From an uncultured candidatus Porisulfidus sp. (lineage in GTDB: Bacteria; Pseudomonadota; Gammaproteobacteria; Poriferisulfidales; Poriferisulfidaceae): 64,000 nucleotides of DNA. This document shows, one piece after another, positions 52,202 to 61,730 of the stretch. A program made the position numbers and the translations under genes. The DNA lies in assembly GCA_965199755.1 (NCBI GenBank), contig CBDASZ010000001.1, positions 192,001 through 256,000 on the forward strand. The letters are read 5' to 3'. Each line of letters begins with the position of its first letter. The first letter of the stretch is position 1. Under the pieces are notes generated by a model. It made no database searches. It was not told the origin of the DNA and worked only from the letters and a program-made list of their open reading frames with translations.

Positions 52202-53106
52202 AGTGGCTTGCAGGTACGGCGCTGGCGCTGCTGTTGGCGCAGTCGGCGGTCGCGCAGATTCTGACGGTAACCATGCTGGGCACCGGTACGCCGCGCCCGG
52301 ACGCTGAACGCTTCAGCGCTGCGGTACTGGTGGAGACCTCCGAGGGAGATCAATTGCTGTTTGACGCAGGTCGCGGCGCCGTATTGCGGATGCAGCAGTT
52401 GGCGATGTCGACCGATGAGTTGGATCATATCTTCATCACGCACTTGCATTTCGACCATGTAGTGGGACTCGACGATGTGTGGTTGGTGGCGCGGCTGTGG
52501 CAGCGCAAGGAACCGTTGCCGGTGTCTGGCCCGACCGGTACGCAAGTGTTGACCGAGCATTTGAGGCAGGCGTATATACGCGACCATGAGGTGCGATACC
52601 GTCAAAGTGGCCTGCCGCTGGAGACGGGAGATCTGGCAGGCGCGGATATTGAGCCGGGGGTGATTTATACGCGAGGCGACTTGCGCGTGACCGCGTTTGC
52701 AGTTGATCACGGGCACGCCAAGCCGGCATTCGGTTATCGGGTGGATTATGGAGAGCACAGCGTGGTGATTTCTGGCGATACGACATATTCGGAGAATCTG
52801 CTGCGTCATGCGCAGGATGCGGATGTGCTTATCCATGAAGTGGCGATGGCGAGTGAGAAGATTCTGGCGCAGAATCCGCGCCTGCAAAAAGTCATGGCCT
52901 ATCACAGCACGCCACAGCAGGTCGCAAAAGTCCTGAGTAAAACTCAGCCGCGGCTGGCGCTGCTGACGCATATGCTGCGTTACGGAGTGAGTGAAGGTCA
53001 AGTACTGCAGGCGGTTCAAGAGGGGTATTCGGGGGATGTACGGCTCGGACAAGACCTGATGGCTGTGGATATTGGTGAGTTCGTGTATGTGTATCAGCGT
53101 CGCTGA
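52198..53106 (+). CDS. Exported MBL-fold hydrolase, RNase Z/arylsulfatase AtsA-like
   Basis: Signal peptide; [33 protein letters not shown]. Confidence 0.8.
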   Translation: MKWLAGTALALLLAQSAVAQILTVTMLGTGTPRPDAERFSAAVLVETSEGDQLLFDAGRGAVLRMQQLAMSTDELDHIFITHLHFDHVVGLDDVWLVARLWQRKEPLPVSGPTGTQVLTEHLRQAYIRDHEVRYRQSGLPLETGDLAGADIEPGVIYTRGDLRVTAFAVDHGHAKPAFGYRVDYGEHSVVISGDTTYSENLLRHAQDADVLIHEVAMASEKILAQNPRLQKVMAYHSTPQQVAKVLSKTQPRLALLTHMLRYGVSEGQVLQAVQEGYSGDVRLGQDLMAVDIGEFVYVYQRR

Positions 53107-53155
53107 CGTGGGCGTGCGGTGTAGAATGTGAGGGGTTTATCTTTAGGGCACCAAA

Positions 53156-53539
53156 ATGGGTTGGGAAGACAAAGGCAACGACGACGTCTACAGTGACGAA
53201 GAAATTGAAGCGCGGCTGAAAGAGGAATTGCCGGAGTGGTATCTCGAATCCGGCTGGATCCGTCGCAAATACCGCACGGAAAGCTGGAAGGGCACGCTAA
53301 TGGCGGTCACCACGATCGGACATTTGGCCGAACAGGCGTGGCATCATCCGGATCTGACTGTCTCTTATGCGTTTTTGATCGTGAAGTTGACCACGCACTC
53401 ACAGAAAGGGGTCACCAACCGGGATTTCGAGCTCGCCGCGCGCATTGAAGAGACCTTGATGTGGCGTCCTTCGGAAGGTTCGGCGCTGGAGGGTACGCCC
53501 TCAGACCCCCGGTTTGCCTATATTCGCCACAGCGAGTGA
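53156..53539 (+). CDS. Pterin-4-alpha-carbinolamine dehydratase family protein
   Basis: AEQAWHHPDL, LTTHS.KGVT.RDFELA. Confidence 0.88.
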   Translation: MGWEDKGNDDVYSDEEIEARLKEELPEWYLESGWIRRKYRTESWKGTLMAVTTIGHLAEQAWHHPDLTVSYAFLIVKLTTHSQKGVTNRDFELAARIEETLMWRPSEGSALEGTPSDPRFAYIRHSE

Positions 53540-54136
53540 TCAAAGGGCGCCGTCAGGACGCTCCAAATAACCACGCAGGTGCTCGCGCACCTCTTCCAGT
53601 CCGGTCTTGGTACGCGCCGAGACCAGATCGGCGGGGACGCCGCATTCCTGTTGCACCGCACGCTGTGCCTGCATAGCCTTGCTCCGCGACAACTTGTCAG
53701 CCTTGTTGAGCAGAAGATGCACGGGCAATTCTTGGCTGGCGCACCACTCCAGCAGCAGCTGGTCGCTGTCGCGCAGAGGGCGGCGGATGTCCATAATCAG
53801 CATGAGGCGCATCAGGCTTTGCCGATGCGTCAGATAGCCTTCGACCATCTTTTCCCAGCCCGCGCGCGCATCGCGCGACACTTTCGCAAACCCGTAGCCT
53901 GGCAAATCCACCAGCCGTTTCCCTTCCTCAATCTCGAAGAAATGCAGCAAACGCGTACGGCCCGGATCAGAACTGGTGCGTGCGATGCCGCGTCGCTCGC
54001 ACAGGGCATTGATCAGGCTGGACTTGCCAACATTTGAGCGACCGGCGAACGCGACCTCCGCGCCGTGATCCGGCGGGCAGTCTCGCAGTCGGGGGTGGCC
54101 GGACATATAGGTGATCCGGCGCAGATCCAGGCTCAT
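53540..54136 (-). CDS. engB: Ribosome biogenesis GTPase EngB/YihA
   Basis: FAGRSNVGKSSLIN, PGRT, DLPGYG, NKADK. Confidence 0.95.
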   Translation of the reverse strand: MSLDLRRITYMSGHPRLRDCPPDHGAEVAFAGRSNVGKSSLINALCERRGIARTSSDPGRTRLLHFFEIEEGKRLVDLPGYGFAKVSRDARAGWEKMVEGYLTHRQSLMRLMLIMDIRRPLRDSDQLLLEWCASQELPVHLLLNKADKLSRSKAMQAQRAVQQECGVPADLVSARTKTGLEEVREHLRGYLERPDGAL

Positions 54137-54303
54137 GCTTATCCTGTGGATTGGGTGGGGGGTGTCCCATTTTAAGGGCAGCTTGGCATTCCCGTCTCGC
54201 ACGTGCACTGTTTCGTTCTAGCACCTCAAAAGATCGGTTTGCGAGCGGTACGCTGTATAATTGTCCGCTCATTCAGGACGGTCTACACCTGCTTTTCTGA
54301 CTC

Positions 54304-54930
54304 ATGGCACCGCGTCACGTTTTCGTGCTGTTCGCACTTGGCATGTTGCCGGGTTCTTTGGCCGTTGCCGAAGGAGACCCTGTCAAGGGTCAGGAACTTT
54401 CGGTGACCTGCGCCGCCTGTCATGGGCCTGAGGGTAAAAGTATCAACCCGGAATGGCCAAGTCTGGCGGGCCAAAGCGCGTACTACATGATCACCCAGTT
54501 GAACCGCTTCAAGTCTGGAGAGCGTTACCATGAGATCATGGGCCCACAGGCAATGTTGCTGTCAGAACAGGACATTCATGATGTGTCGGTGTACTACTCG
54601 ATGCAGACACCGAAGATCGGGACTGCTCAGGGCGACGAGAAAACTCTCGAACTTGGGGAACTCATCTACCGGGGAGGGCTGGTGTCGCGCAACTTGCCGG
54701 CTTGTATGTCCTGTCATGGTCCGAGTGGCTCCGGGAATGATCCGGCAGGGTTTCCGATGCTGTCCGGCCAGCATGCGAACTACACGATCCAGCAACTGAA
54801 GATTTTCCGCGAGGGGTATCGTCCGCACAAGGATCACACCCGCCAGAATCCCATGATGAACTCAATCGCTGCAGACATGACGGATGCGGAAATTGAAGCG
54901 GTTGCGCACTACATTTCAGGCTTGTATTGA
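54304..54930 (+). CDS. Diheme cytochrome c4
   Basis: CAACH and CMSCH, P.LAGQ and P.LSGQH; divergent from engB. Confidence 0.92.
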   Translation: MAPRHVFVLFALGMLPGSLAVAEGDPVKGQELSVTCAACHGPEGKSINPEWPSLAGQSAYYMITQLNRFKSGERYHEIMGPQAMLLSEQDIHDVSVYYSMQTPKIGTAQGDEKTLELGELIYRGGLVSRNLPACMSCHGPSGSGNDPAGFPMLSGQHANYTIQQLKIFREGYRPHKDHTRQNPMMNSIAADMTDAEIEAVAHYISGLY

Positions 54931-55595
54931 TGCTGCGCACTCGCCGCTGGATGCTGCCGCTTTGCGGTCTGTTCGCGGTCTCAATCGTCATGGCGCAAGA
55001 GGAAGCGCCATCCGCGGAGGAAGCCTCCGCATCGGAAGTGGTGTACGAAGCGGGGACACACTACACTGTCGTTGACGGCCTGCCGTCGCCAGACACACCG
55101 GAAGGCAAGACCGAGTTGGTGGAGTTCTTTTGGTATGGCTGTCCGCATTGTTTCAGGCTGGAGCCGTTGCTAAACGAATGGCTTGAGGAACGCGCCGACA
55201 CCGTGCATCTGACTTTGGTGCCGGCGGTGTTCAGTGCCCGTTGGGCGATAGGGGCGCGGTTGTATTACACGCTGGCGGAGATGGATCGCCTTGACCTGCA
55301 TACCACGGTATTTCATCTGGTGCACGAGCAGGGCCGCCCGCTCAAGAGCAGCGAAGGTATCGCCCGAATGCTCGGTACCTTTGACGTGGATGCGGCCGAG
55401 TTCAGCAAAATCTATAGGTCCCAGGCGGTGACAGACCGGCTGGAAGCGGAAGCCAAGGAACTTCCGAAGCGCTATGGCATCAACGGCGTACCGGCGCTGG
55501 TGGTCGGTGGGCGCTACATGATCAGCACCCGCAATGCTTCTTCGTATCAGGAACTGCTGAATATCGCGGACTATCTGATCCGCAAGGCCCCCTGA
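54930..55595 (+). CDS. dsbA: Thiol:disulfide interchange protein DsbA
   Basis: EFFWYGCPHC, cis-Pro loop GVPA; signal peptide. Confidence 0.92.
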   Translation: MLRTRRWMLPLCGLFAVSIVMAQEEAPSAEEASASEVVYEAGTHYTVVDGLPSPDTPEGKTELVEFFWYGCPHCFRLEPLLNEWLEERADTVHLTLVPAVFSARWAIGARLYYTLAEMDRLDLHTTVFHLVHEQGRPLKSSEGIARMLGTFDVDAAEFSKIYRSQAVTDRLEAEAKELPKRYGINGVPALVVGGRYMISTRNASSYQELLNIADYLIRKAP

Positions 55596-55610
55596 AACCC
55601 CCTGCACAAA

Positions 55611-55646
55611 GAAATCAGGCGGAAGCATCGCTTCCGCCTGTCTTTT
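55611..55646. terminator. Rho-independent terminator, probably bidirectional
   Basis: CAGGCGGAAGC-ATC-GCTTCCGCCTG 11-bp stem with TCTTTT after it and an A-rich tract before it. Confidence 0.8.
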
Positions 55647-55746
55647 GGTGTTAGGTGGCTTCGGTACAAGAGCGGGTAACTTTGACCGAAGCCTTATCGC
55701 GAGTTGGCAGGGGAACCAACTGCGACGTTGACTGTATCTCGAAGTG
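55611..55746 (-). ncRNA. Candidate three-hairpin small RNA near the polA-engB locus
   Basis: Hairpins at 55697-55725 and 55657-55693 plus the terminator; C-rich loops on the minus strand; TACAAT at 55753-55758. Confidence 0.45.
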
Positions 55747-55809
55747 GCGCTTATTGTACCCTACCTGATGTCCAAGTGTTATTCGGGTCAGACCGAGAGA
55801 ATTTCCGAC

Positions 55810-56205
55810 GTGCCAGATCCAGATATTCAGGAATTTGAGTCCATGATTGAGCGGGTCTTGCAAGAGATCCCGGTGGAATTTTCCATACACATAAAGTCGG
55901 TGATCATTCAGGTAGAGGATCTGCCGGATGAGGAAATCTGCCAAGAGATGGAACTTGACAGCCCGATGGAATTGCTCGGTCTGTACCAAGGCATCAGTCT
56001 GGAGCAGAAGTCAGTCGAAGACCTGCCTGAGGATCTTGACCATGTCTACCTGTATCGCCTGCCGCTGCTCGACTACTGGCGCGAGCAGGGAGGAGAACTG
56101 GAAGATCACGTGCGTGAAACCCTGCTGCACGAACTCGGCCATCACTTCGGATTCTCGGACGCCGACATGGAGCGCATTTGCGCACAAGCGCGCCCGCGCA
56201 GTTGA
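55810..56205 (+). CDS. Zincin-like minimal metallopeptidase
   Basis: LLGLYQG, LYRLP, HELGHHFG (HExxH). Confidence 0.85.
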   Translation: MPDPDIQEFESMIERVLQEIPVEFSIHIKSVIIQVEDLPDEEICQEMELDSPMELLGLYQGISLEQKSVEDLPEDLDHVYLYRLPLLDYWREQGGELEDHVRETLLHELGHHFGFSDADMERICAQARPRS

Positions 56206-56216
56206 TTAATGCGGCG

Positions 56217-59009
56217 CTAGTGCGCCTGATCCCAGTTGTCCGCCCAGCGCGCTTCGACTTTGACGGGCACCTCCAGTGTGGTCGCCCGTTCCATACGCTC
56301 GCAGACGCCCTTCGTGATTTCTTCAGCGTGATTCTGCGGCACCTCCAGAACCAGTTCGTCATGAACTTGCAGGACCAGAGCGCAATCCGGGTGTTCCTCT
56401 TTCAGCCAGCGGTGCACGTCGATCATCGCCCGTTTGATGATGTCGGCGGCGGTGCCCTGCATCGGGGCGTTGATGGCAAAGCGTTCTGCGTGGCGGCGCT
56501 GATTGAAGTTGCGTGACTGGATCGCGTCGACGTGCAGTCGCCGACCGTAGATTGTCTCCACGTAACCCTGCTCTTTCGCCTGCTGCTTGATGCTGTCCAT
56601 GTAGTCCTTGACCTTCGGATAGCGCGAGAAATAAGTCTCGATGTAGCGGTCAGCGTCTTCTCTGGAAATATGCAACTGTCGGGCCAGTCCAAAAGAGCCC
56701 ATTCCGTACATCAGCCCGAAATTGATCGCTTTCGCAGCGCGGCGCTGCTCCGCGCTGACCGCATCGTGCGGCGTCCCGAACACTTCCGCCGCGGTGGACT
56801 GATGGATGTCCGCCCCTTCAGAGAAGGCCCGGCACAAAGTGGGGTCATGTGAAATGTGCGCCATGATGCGCAACTCGATTTGCGAATAGTCCGCGGCAAT
56901 CAGTACGCAGCCTTCAGGAGCGGAGAATGCTTGGCGAATGCGCCGGCCTGCCGGCGTGCGAATCGGGATGTTTTGCAGATTGGGATCGGACGAAGACAGT
57001 CTTCCGGTGTCCGTCCCGGCCTGGTGGAAGGAGGTGTGCACACGACCGGTGTCGGGGTTGATCATCTGCGGCAATTTTCTCATGTAGGTGTTGAGCAATT
57101 TGAACCGCTCCCGGTAGTTCAGAATGATCTGCGGCAATTTGTCTTCCCCAGCCAGTTCGGTGAGCACTTCCTCGTCCACCGAATAAGAGCCGCCGCGGGT
57201 TTTCTTGACCGGCTTCAGGTTGCGTTCCTCGAACAGGATCTGCTGCAGGTCTTTGGTAGAACTGAGGTTGAACGGGTGTCCGCATTCGCGGATCGCCTCC
57301 TCTTTGATTCCCGTCAGCTCGCGGGTTAATTCCTCGGCATGCTCCTGCAGCAGCGCGGTGTCAATGGCGACGCCATGGCGCTCCATGTCGGTTAGCACCA
57401 GTGACAGCGGCAACTCCATGTTCTGGTAGATTTCCCGCGCGGCCGATTCCGCCTCAAGTTGCGGCCAGAAGTACTGATGCAGCCGTAGGCTCATGTCGGC
57501 ATCCTCAGCAGCATAAGCCGTGGCTTTCTCAATCGCGACCTGATCGAAGCGCAATTGCGTCTTGCCGCGGCCGCGCTCGGTGACGGTTTCAAACGAAGTG
57601 GGCTCCTCATTCAGATAAAGGCGGGCCAGATCCTCAAGACTGTGGCGGTTGTTGGCGGAAGCCTTGATGACATGCGATTCCAGCATGCTGTCGTGAAACG
57701 GCCCGGCCAGTTCCATGCCGTGTCGGCGCAGGACCGTGCGATCATATTTCAGGTGATGTCCGAGTTTAGTCAGTTCGGGATCCTTCAGTACCGGCTCCAG
57801 ATGTTGCATGACCTGTTCCAGTTCCAGCTGCCGTGGATCGCGGCCCAGATTCTGTGCCGGATTGGCTTCAAACAAAGGGACATTTTTCTCAACGACGTCA
57901 TCGCATTTGGTGTGGCCGATAGGGATGTAGGCCGCTTCAGCGGCATCAACGGCCAGTGAAAGACCCACCAGAGTCGCGCGTTGCGGGTCCAGACTGGTGG
58001 TCTCGGTTCGGACGGCGAAGGTGCCGGTCTTGCGAATACGGGTGATCCATTTCTTCAACTCGGATTCCGTCAGGATGGGGGTGTACGCGCTTTGGCTGCC
58101 TTTGCCGAAAGCCGCGCTGCTGTCGGCGGTGGAGTTTTGCGCGTTGCTCGTACGCAGATTTTTCAGGAAGGTTTGGAAATTAAATCTCTCGTATAACTCG
58201 GCCAGACGCTCGTGGTCGGTTTCTTGCGGACGCAGGGCGTCGACACCCATCTCCAGTTCCACGTCGCACTTGATCGTGGTCAACTGGCGATAAAGCGGCA
58301 ACCGATCTATATTGGCGCGCAAGTATTCGCCAACTTTTCCGGTGATTTCGTCCGCGTGCGTGATCAGATTATCCAGCGTTTCGTATTTTTGCAGCCAGTT
58401 TGCGGCAGTCTTGGCTCCGACCTTGGGGATGCCCGGAATATTGTCAGCAGCATCTCCCGCCAGTGCAAGGTAGTCCACGATCTGATCCGGGCGCAGAGAA
58501 AACTTCTGCTTCACACCTTCAGCGTCCCAGGGATCGTGCGTACTGTCGTGGAGTGTGACATCCGCATCAACCAACTGCGCCATATCCTTGTCGCCGCTCA
58601 AAATGGCGACTGTCATCCCGGCTGCCTTGCCTTGTCGCACCAGAGTACCGATGACATCGTCCGCTTCGACTCCGGGAATAACCAGCAGCGGTAGTCCCAG
58701 CGCATTGATGATTTCGTGCAACGGTTCGATCTGCATGCGCAGTTCCTCGTCCATCGGCTTGCGGTTGGCTTTGTATTCGGGGTAGAGGTCATGGCGAAAG
58801 TTTTTGCCTGGCGCATCCATCATCACCGCGATGTGGTCCGGGCGGATAAGGCGCTGGTACTTCTGCAGCGCATTGACCACCCCGTAAATGGCACCCGTGG
58901 GCCGGTTTCGGTGGTCGCGCAGCGAGTTGTGCGCGTGGTAGGCTCGATGCAGATACGTGGAGCCGTCTACCAACAGCAGAATCGGGCGCGGGTCGGCAGA
59001 GTCGGTCAT
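56217..59009 (-). CDS. polA: DNA polymerase I
   Basis: 5'-3' exonuclease (LVDGS, EADDVIG), GRLSSSDPNLQNIP, ADYSQIELR, AKAINFG..YG, LQVHDELV. Confidence 0.98.
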   Translation of the reverse strand: MTDSADPRPILLLVDGSTYLHRAYHAHNSLRDHRNRPTGAIYGVVNALQKYQRLIRPDHIAVMMDAPGKNFRHDLYPEYKANRKPMDEELRMQIEPLHEIINALGLPLLVIPGVEADDVIGTLVRQGKAAGMTVAILSGDKDMAQLVDADVTLHDSTHDPWDAEGVKQKFSLRPDQIVDYLALAGDAADNIPGIPKVGAKTAANWLQKYETLDNLITHADEITGKVGEYLRANIDRLPLYRQLTTIKCDVELEMGVDALRPQETDHERLAELYERFNFQTFLKNLRTSNAQNSTADSSAAFGKGSQSAYTPILTESELKKWITRIRKTGTFAVRTETTSLDPQRATLVGLSLAVDAAEAAYIPIGHTKCDDVVEKNVPLFEANPAQNLGRDPRQLELEQVMQHLEPVLKDPELTKLGHHLKYDRTVLRRHGMELAGPFHDSMLESHVIKASANNRHSLEDLARLYLNEEPTSFETVTERGRGKTQLRFDQVAIEKATAYAAEDADMSLRLHQYFWPQLEAESAAREIYQNMELPLSLVLTDMERHGVAIDTALLQEHAEELTRELTGIKEEAIRECGHPFNLSSTKDLQQILFEERNLKPVKKTRGGSYSVDEEVLTELAGEDKLPQIILNYRERFKLLNTYMRKLPQMINPDTGRVHTSFHQAGTDTGRLSSSDPNLQNIPIRTPAGRRIRQAFSAPEGCVLIAADYSQIELRIMAHISHDPTLCRAFSEGADIHQSTAAEVFGTPHDAVSAEQRRAAKAINFGLMYGMGSFGLARQLHISREDADRYIETYFSRYPKVKDYMDSIKQQAKEQGYVETIYGRRLHVDAIQSRNFNQRRHAERFAINAPMQGTAADIIKRAMIDVHRWLKEEHPDCALVLQVHDELVLEVPQNHAEEITKGVCERMERATTLEVPVKVEARWADNWDQAH

Positions 59010-59074
59010 GAGCTCAGGGGGAAGCGCGAGGGATTATAGGCGGTGTGCTGCAAATGGCGCATAATGCCACGCCT

Positions 59075-59590
59075 ATGGTGGACTTTCTCGCCGCGGTTGA
59101 TCGCGTACTCAGTGCGGTATCTGCGGGCGTCGGGCGTTTCGTTGCCTGGTTTACGCCGATTATGGTGCTGTTGACCTTCGCCATCGTGGTGATGCGTTAC
59201 GGCTTTGATTTTGGTCGCATCTATCTCCAGGAGATCGTCGTGTACCTGCATGGCGCTGTGCTGATGCTGGCGGCGGCCTGGACTCTGAAGCAGGACGGAC
59301 ACGTTCGGGTGGATGTGCTGTACCGGAGCCTGTCGCCGCGCCATGAGGCGTGGATCGATATTTGTGGCACGCTGTTTCTGCTGTGGCCAACCGCAGGGGT
59401 GCTGTTGGTGTTCTCTTTTGATTACGCGCAACAGGCGTGGGCATTGAGCGAAGGCTCACGAGAGACCGGCGGTTTGCCGTTTTTGTATGTGCTCAAAACG
59501 GTGATTCCGCTGATGGCCGGACTGTTGATAGTGCAGGGGGTGGCTGAACTGGCGCGTCGGATCCGACAGTTGATGGTGCATGAGCCATGA
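59075..59590 (+). CDS. dctQ: TRAP transporter small permease
   Basis: VVMRY.F, HVRVDV.Y, four TM segments. Confidence 0.88.
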   Translation: MVDFLAAVDRVLSAVSAGVGRFVAWFTPIMVLLTFAIVVMRYGFDFGRIYLQEIVVYLHGAVLMLAAAWTLKQDGHVRVDVLYRSLSPRHEAWIDICGTLFLLWPTAGVLLVFSFDYAQQAWALSEGSRETGGLPFLYVLKTVIPLMAGLLIVQGVAELARRIRQLMVHEP

Positions 59591-60963
59591 TGTGGCCGCT
59601 GCTGCTGTTTGGTGCCATCATTGTGGTGCTGCTGGCCGGATACCCGGTCGCGTTCACGTTGGCGGGAGTCTCTTTGCTGGTGGCCGCTCTGGCCATGGCG
59701 TTTGGTGCCTTTGAGCCGGCCTTGCTGCTGACGCTGCCGTTCCGAATTTTCGGGATTATGACCAATGAAATTCTGGTCGCCGTGCCGCTGTTTGTGTTCA
59801 TGGGGGTGACGCTGCAGCGTTCGCGAGTGGCGGAAGATCTGCTGGAGACGCTGAGTCGGCTTTGCGCAGCATTGCCGGCAGGTCTGGGCATCTCGGTATT
59901 GCTGGTGGGCACCTTGCTGGCCGCGAGCACCGGGATTGTCGGTGCGACAGTGGTCACGCTGGGACTGCTTGCTCTTCCGGGCATGTTGCGCCGTGGCTAC
60001 GATCCGGCGCTTTCCTGTGGTGTGATCTGCACGTCGGGCACATTGGGACAAATTCTGCCGCCTTCAATTGTGCTGGTGCTACTTGGTGATGTGATCTCGG
60101 CCGCCTATCAGAAAGCGCAACTGGACATGGGGATGTTCTCGCCGAAGACGGTATCGGTGGCGGACTTGTTCGCAGGTGCAGTGATGCCTGCGCTGCTACT
60201 GGTCGGTTTGTATCTGCTGTATGTGATGTTCACGGCATGGCGGTACCCGGAGCGCGTATCTGATCCGGACCATGAGGAGGAAGAGGGGCCGGAGTTGACT
60301 TTCGGACAGGTCGGCGGTGCGCTGGTCGCGCCGGTGGCGTTGATTGTGCTGGTGCTGGGGGCGATCATGGCCGGGTTCGCCACGCCGACAGAAGCGGCTT
60401 CGCTTGGCGCGGCTGGCAGTCTGGTTCTGGCGGTGCGTGAAAAATCCCTCAATATCGAGATAGTGCGCGGAGTCGCTTATGAGACGGCGCGCGTCACCAG
60501 CATGGTATTTCTGGTGCTGATAGGCGCGTCCATATTCTCACTGGTGTTTCGCGGTCTGGGCGGAGACGGTCTGGTGCATCAGGGCCTGTCGAATCTTCCG
60601 GGAGGCGTTTGGGGCGCGATGTTGGTGGTGATGCTGCTGATGTTCGCGCTGGGGTTTGTGCTCGACTTCATTGAGATCACGTATGTGGTGGTGCCGCTGG
60701 TCGGCCCGGTGCTGCTGATGATGGGTCTGGACCCGATATGGCTGGGGGTGATGATCGCAATCAACCTGCAGACGTCGTTTCTGACGCCGCCGTTCGGGTT
60801 TGCGCTGTTCTACTTGCGTGGGGTCGCACCTGCGTCAGTCGCGACGCCGGAGATTTATCGCGGGGTGATGCCGTTTATCGGCATCCAGTTGCTGATGCTG
60901 GGGATCCTGGCACTATGGCCGGGACTTGCGACATGGCTGCCGCAACAGATTTTTGGCTATTGA
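59587..60963 (+). CDS. dctM: TRAP transporter large permease
   Basis: GYPVAF, AVPLFVFMG, SGTLGQILPPS, ATPTEAA, SFLTPPFG. Confidence 0.92.
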   Translation: MMWPLLLFGAIIVVLLAGYPVAFTLAGVSLLVAALAMAFGAFEPALLLTLPFRIFGIMTNEILVAVPLFVFMGVTLQRSRVAEDLLETLSRLCAALPAGLGISVLLVGTLLAASTGIVGATVVTLGLLALPGMLRRGYDPALSCGVICTSGTLGQILPPSIVLVLLGDVISAAYQKAQLDMGMFSPKTVSVADLFAGAVMPALLLVGLYLLYVMFTAWRYPERVSDPDHEEEEGPELTFGQVGGALVAPVALIVLVLGAIMAGFATPTEAASLGAAGSLVLAVREKSLNIEIVRGVAYETARVTSMVFLVLIGASIFSLVFRGLGGDGLVHQGLSNLPGGVWGAMLVVMLLMFALGFVLDFIEITYVVVPLVGPVLLMMGLDPIWLGVMIAINLQTSFLTPPFGFALFYLRGVAPASVATPEIYRGVMPFIGIQLLMLGILALWPGLATWLPQQIFGY

Positions 60964-61014
60964 TGGGGAGCTTTTGGTGCAAACTTCCGAATTAATCAGG
61001 AGTGTTTCCCGGAA

Positions 61015-61665
61015 TCAATAAGGCGATTCCAGAATCATCTGCATGGTGCCCGCAGCCGTGACGACCAGTCCGAAATAAATCACAGACACACCAAGATATC
61101 CCAGCCGCTTCATAGGGGGCCGGTCAGTAGTCTTGAGCGAATTGCCGATCATCCAGGTGGCGGCGGCCAAATTGGCGGCATAAAAGCCGAAATAGGTTGC
61201 GAGTTCGCCAAATGCGTTCTGCTCCATGAACACGATATAGGTGCCCCAAGCAGCGATGATTGCGGTGATGTAAGTAACCAGCCGCATGACTGTATCCGGG
61301 ATTGCCATGCCTGCGAATTTCAGCAGCATCATGACGCCGAGAATCGGCGCCACCCACATCCAGAAAACGTGAATAGTTGTCGCATCACTGGCGAAGATGC
61401 TCTTGAAAATCAAAGACGAAAAACCGGGGTCAACTACGGATTCCGGCGGCGGATATTGCGGCGGTGCGAACAAGGACACCGTGATGATGGCGTAAGCGAG
61501 ACCGATCACTGTGATGCTGGTGCGCATCAGCCACCAATCCGATTCGCGCATATGGACTGAGGCGGATGCCAACCACAGGGCTGCCATGAAATTCAGCAGA
61601 CAGGCCGCAAGATAAATGGAGTATTCAAACGTTGAGACGAATTGAAGTGGAATAAAAGTTTCCAT
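61015..61665 (-). CDS. Hypothetical membrane protein with about six TM helices
   Basis: 216-aa ORF with six hydrophobic segments, downstream of dctP. Confidence 0.7.
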   Translation of the reverse strand: METFIPLQFVSTFEYSIYLAACLLNFMAALWLASASVHMRESDWWLMRTSITVIGLAYAIITVSLFAPPQYPPPESVVDPGFSSLIFKSIFASDATTIHVFWMWVAPILGVMMLLKFAGMAIPDTVMRLVTYITAIIAAWGTYIVFMEQNAFGELATYFGFYAANLAAATWMIGNSLKTTDRPPMKRLGYLGVSVIYFGLVVTAAGTMQMILESPY

Positions 61666-61730
61666 AAGCGCTCGTAAATTTCAGGCGGTTTTGTGGGTCG
61701 GGCGCGGTCAGCGCCGCTCACAGACGGGCT

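Noticed and set aside
53156-53539. RuBisCO assembly factor Raf2/acRAF linked to cbbQ
   Set aside because: It retains the catalytic HHPD motif and lies about 12 kb from cbbQ with no carboxysome or RuBisCO genes
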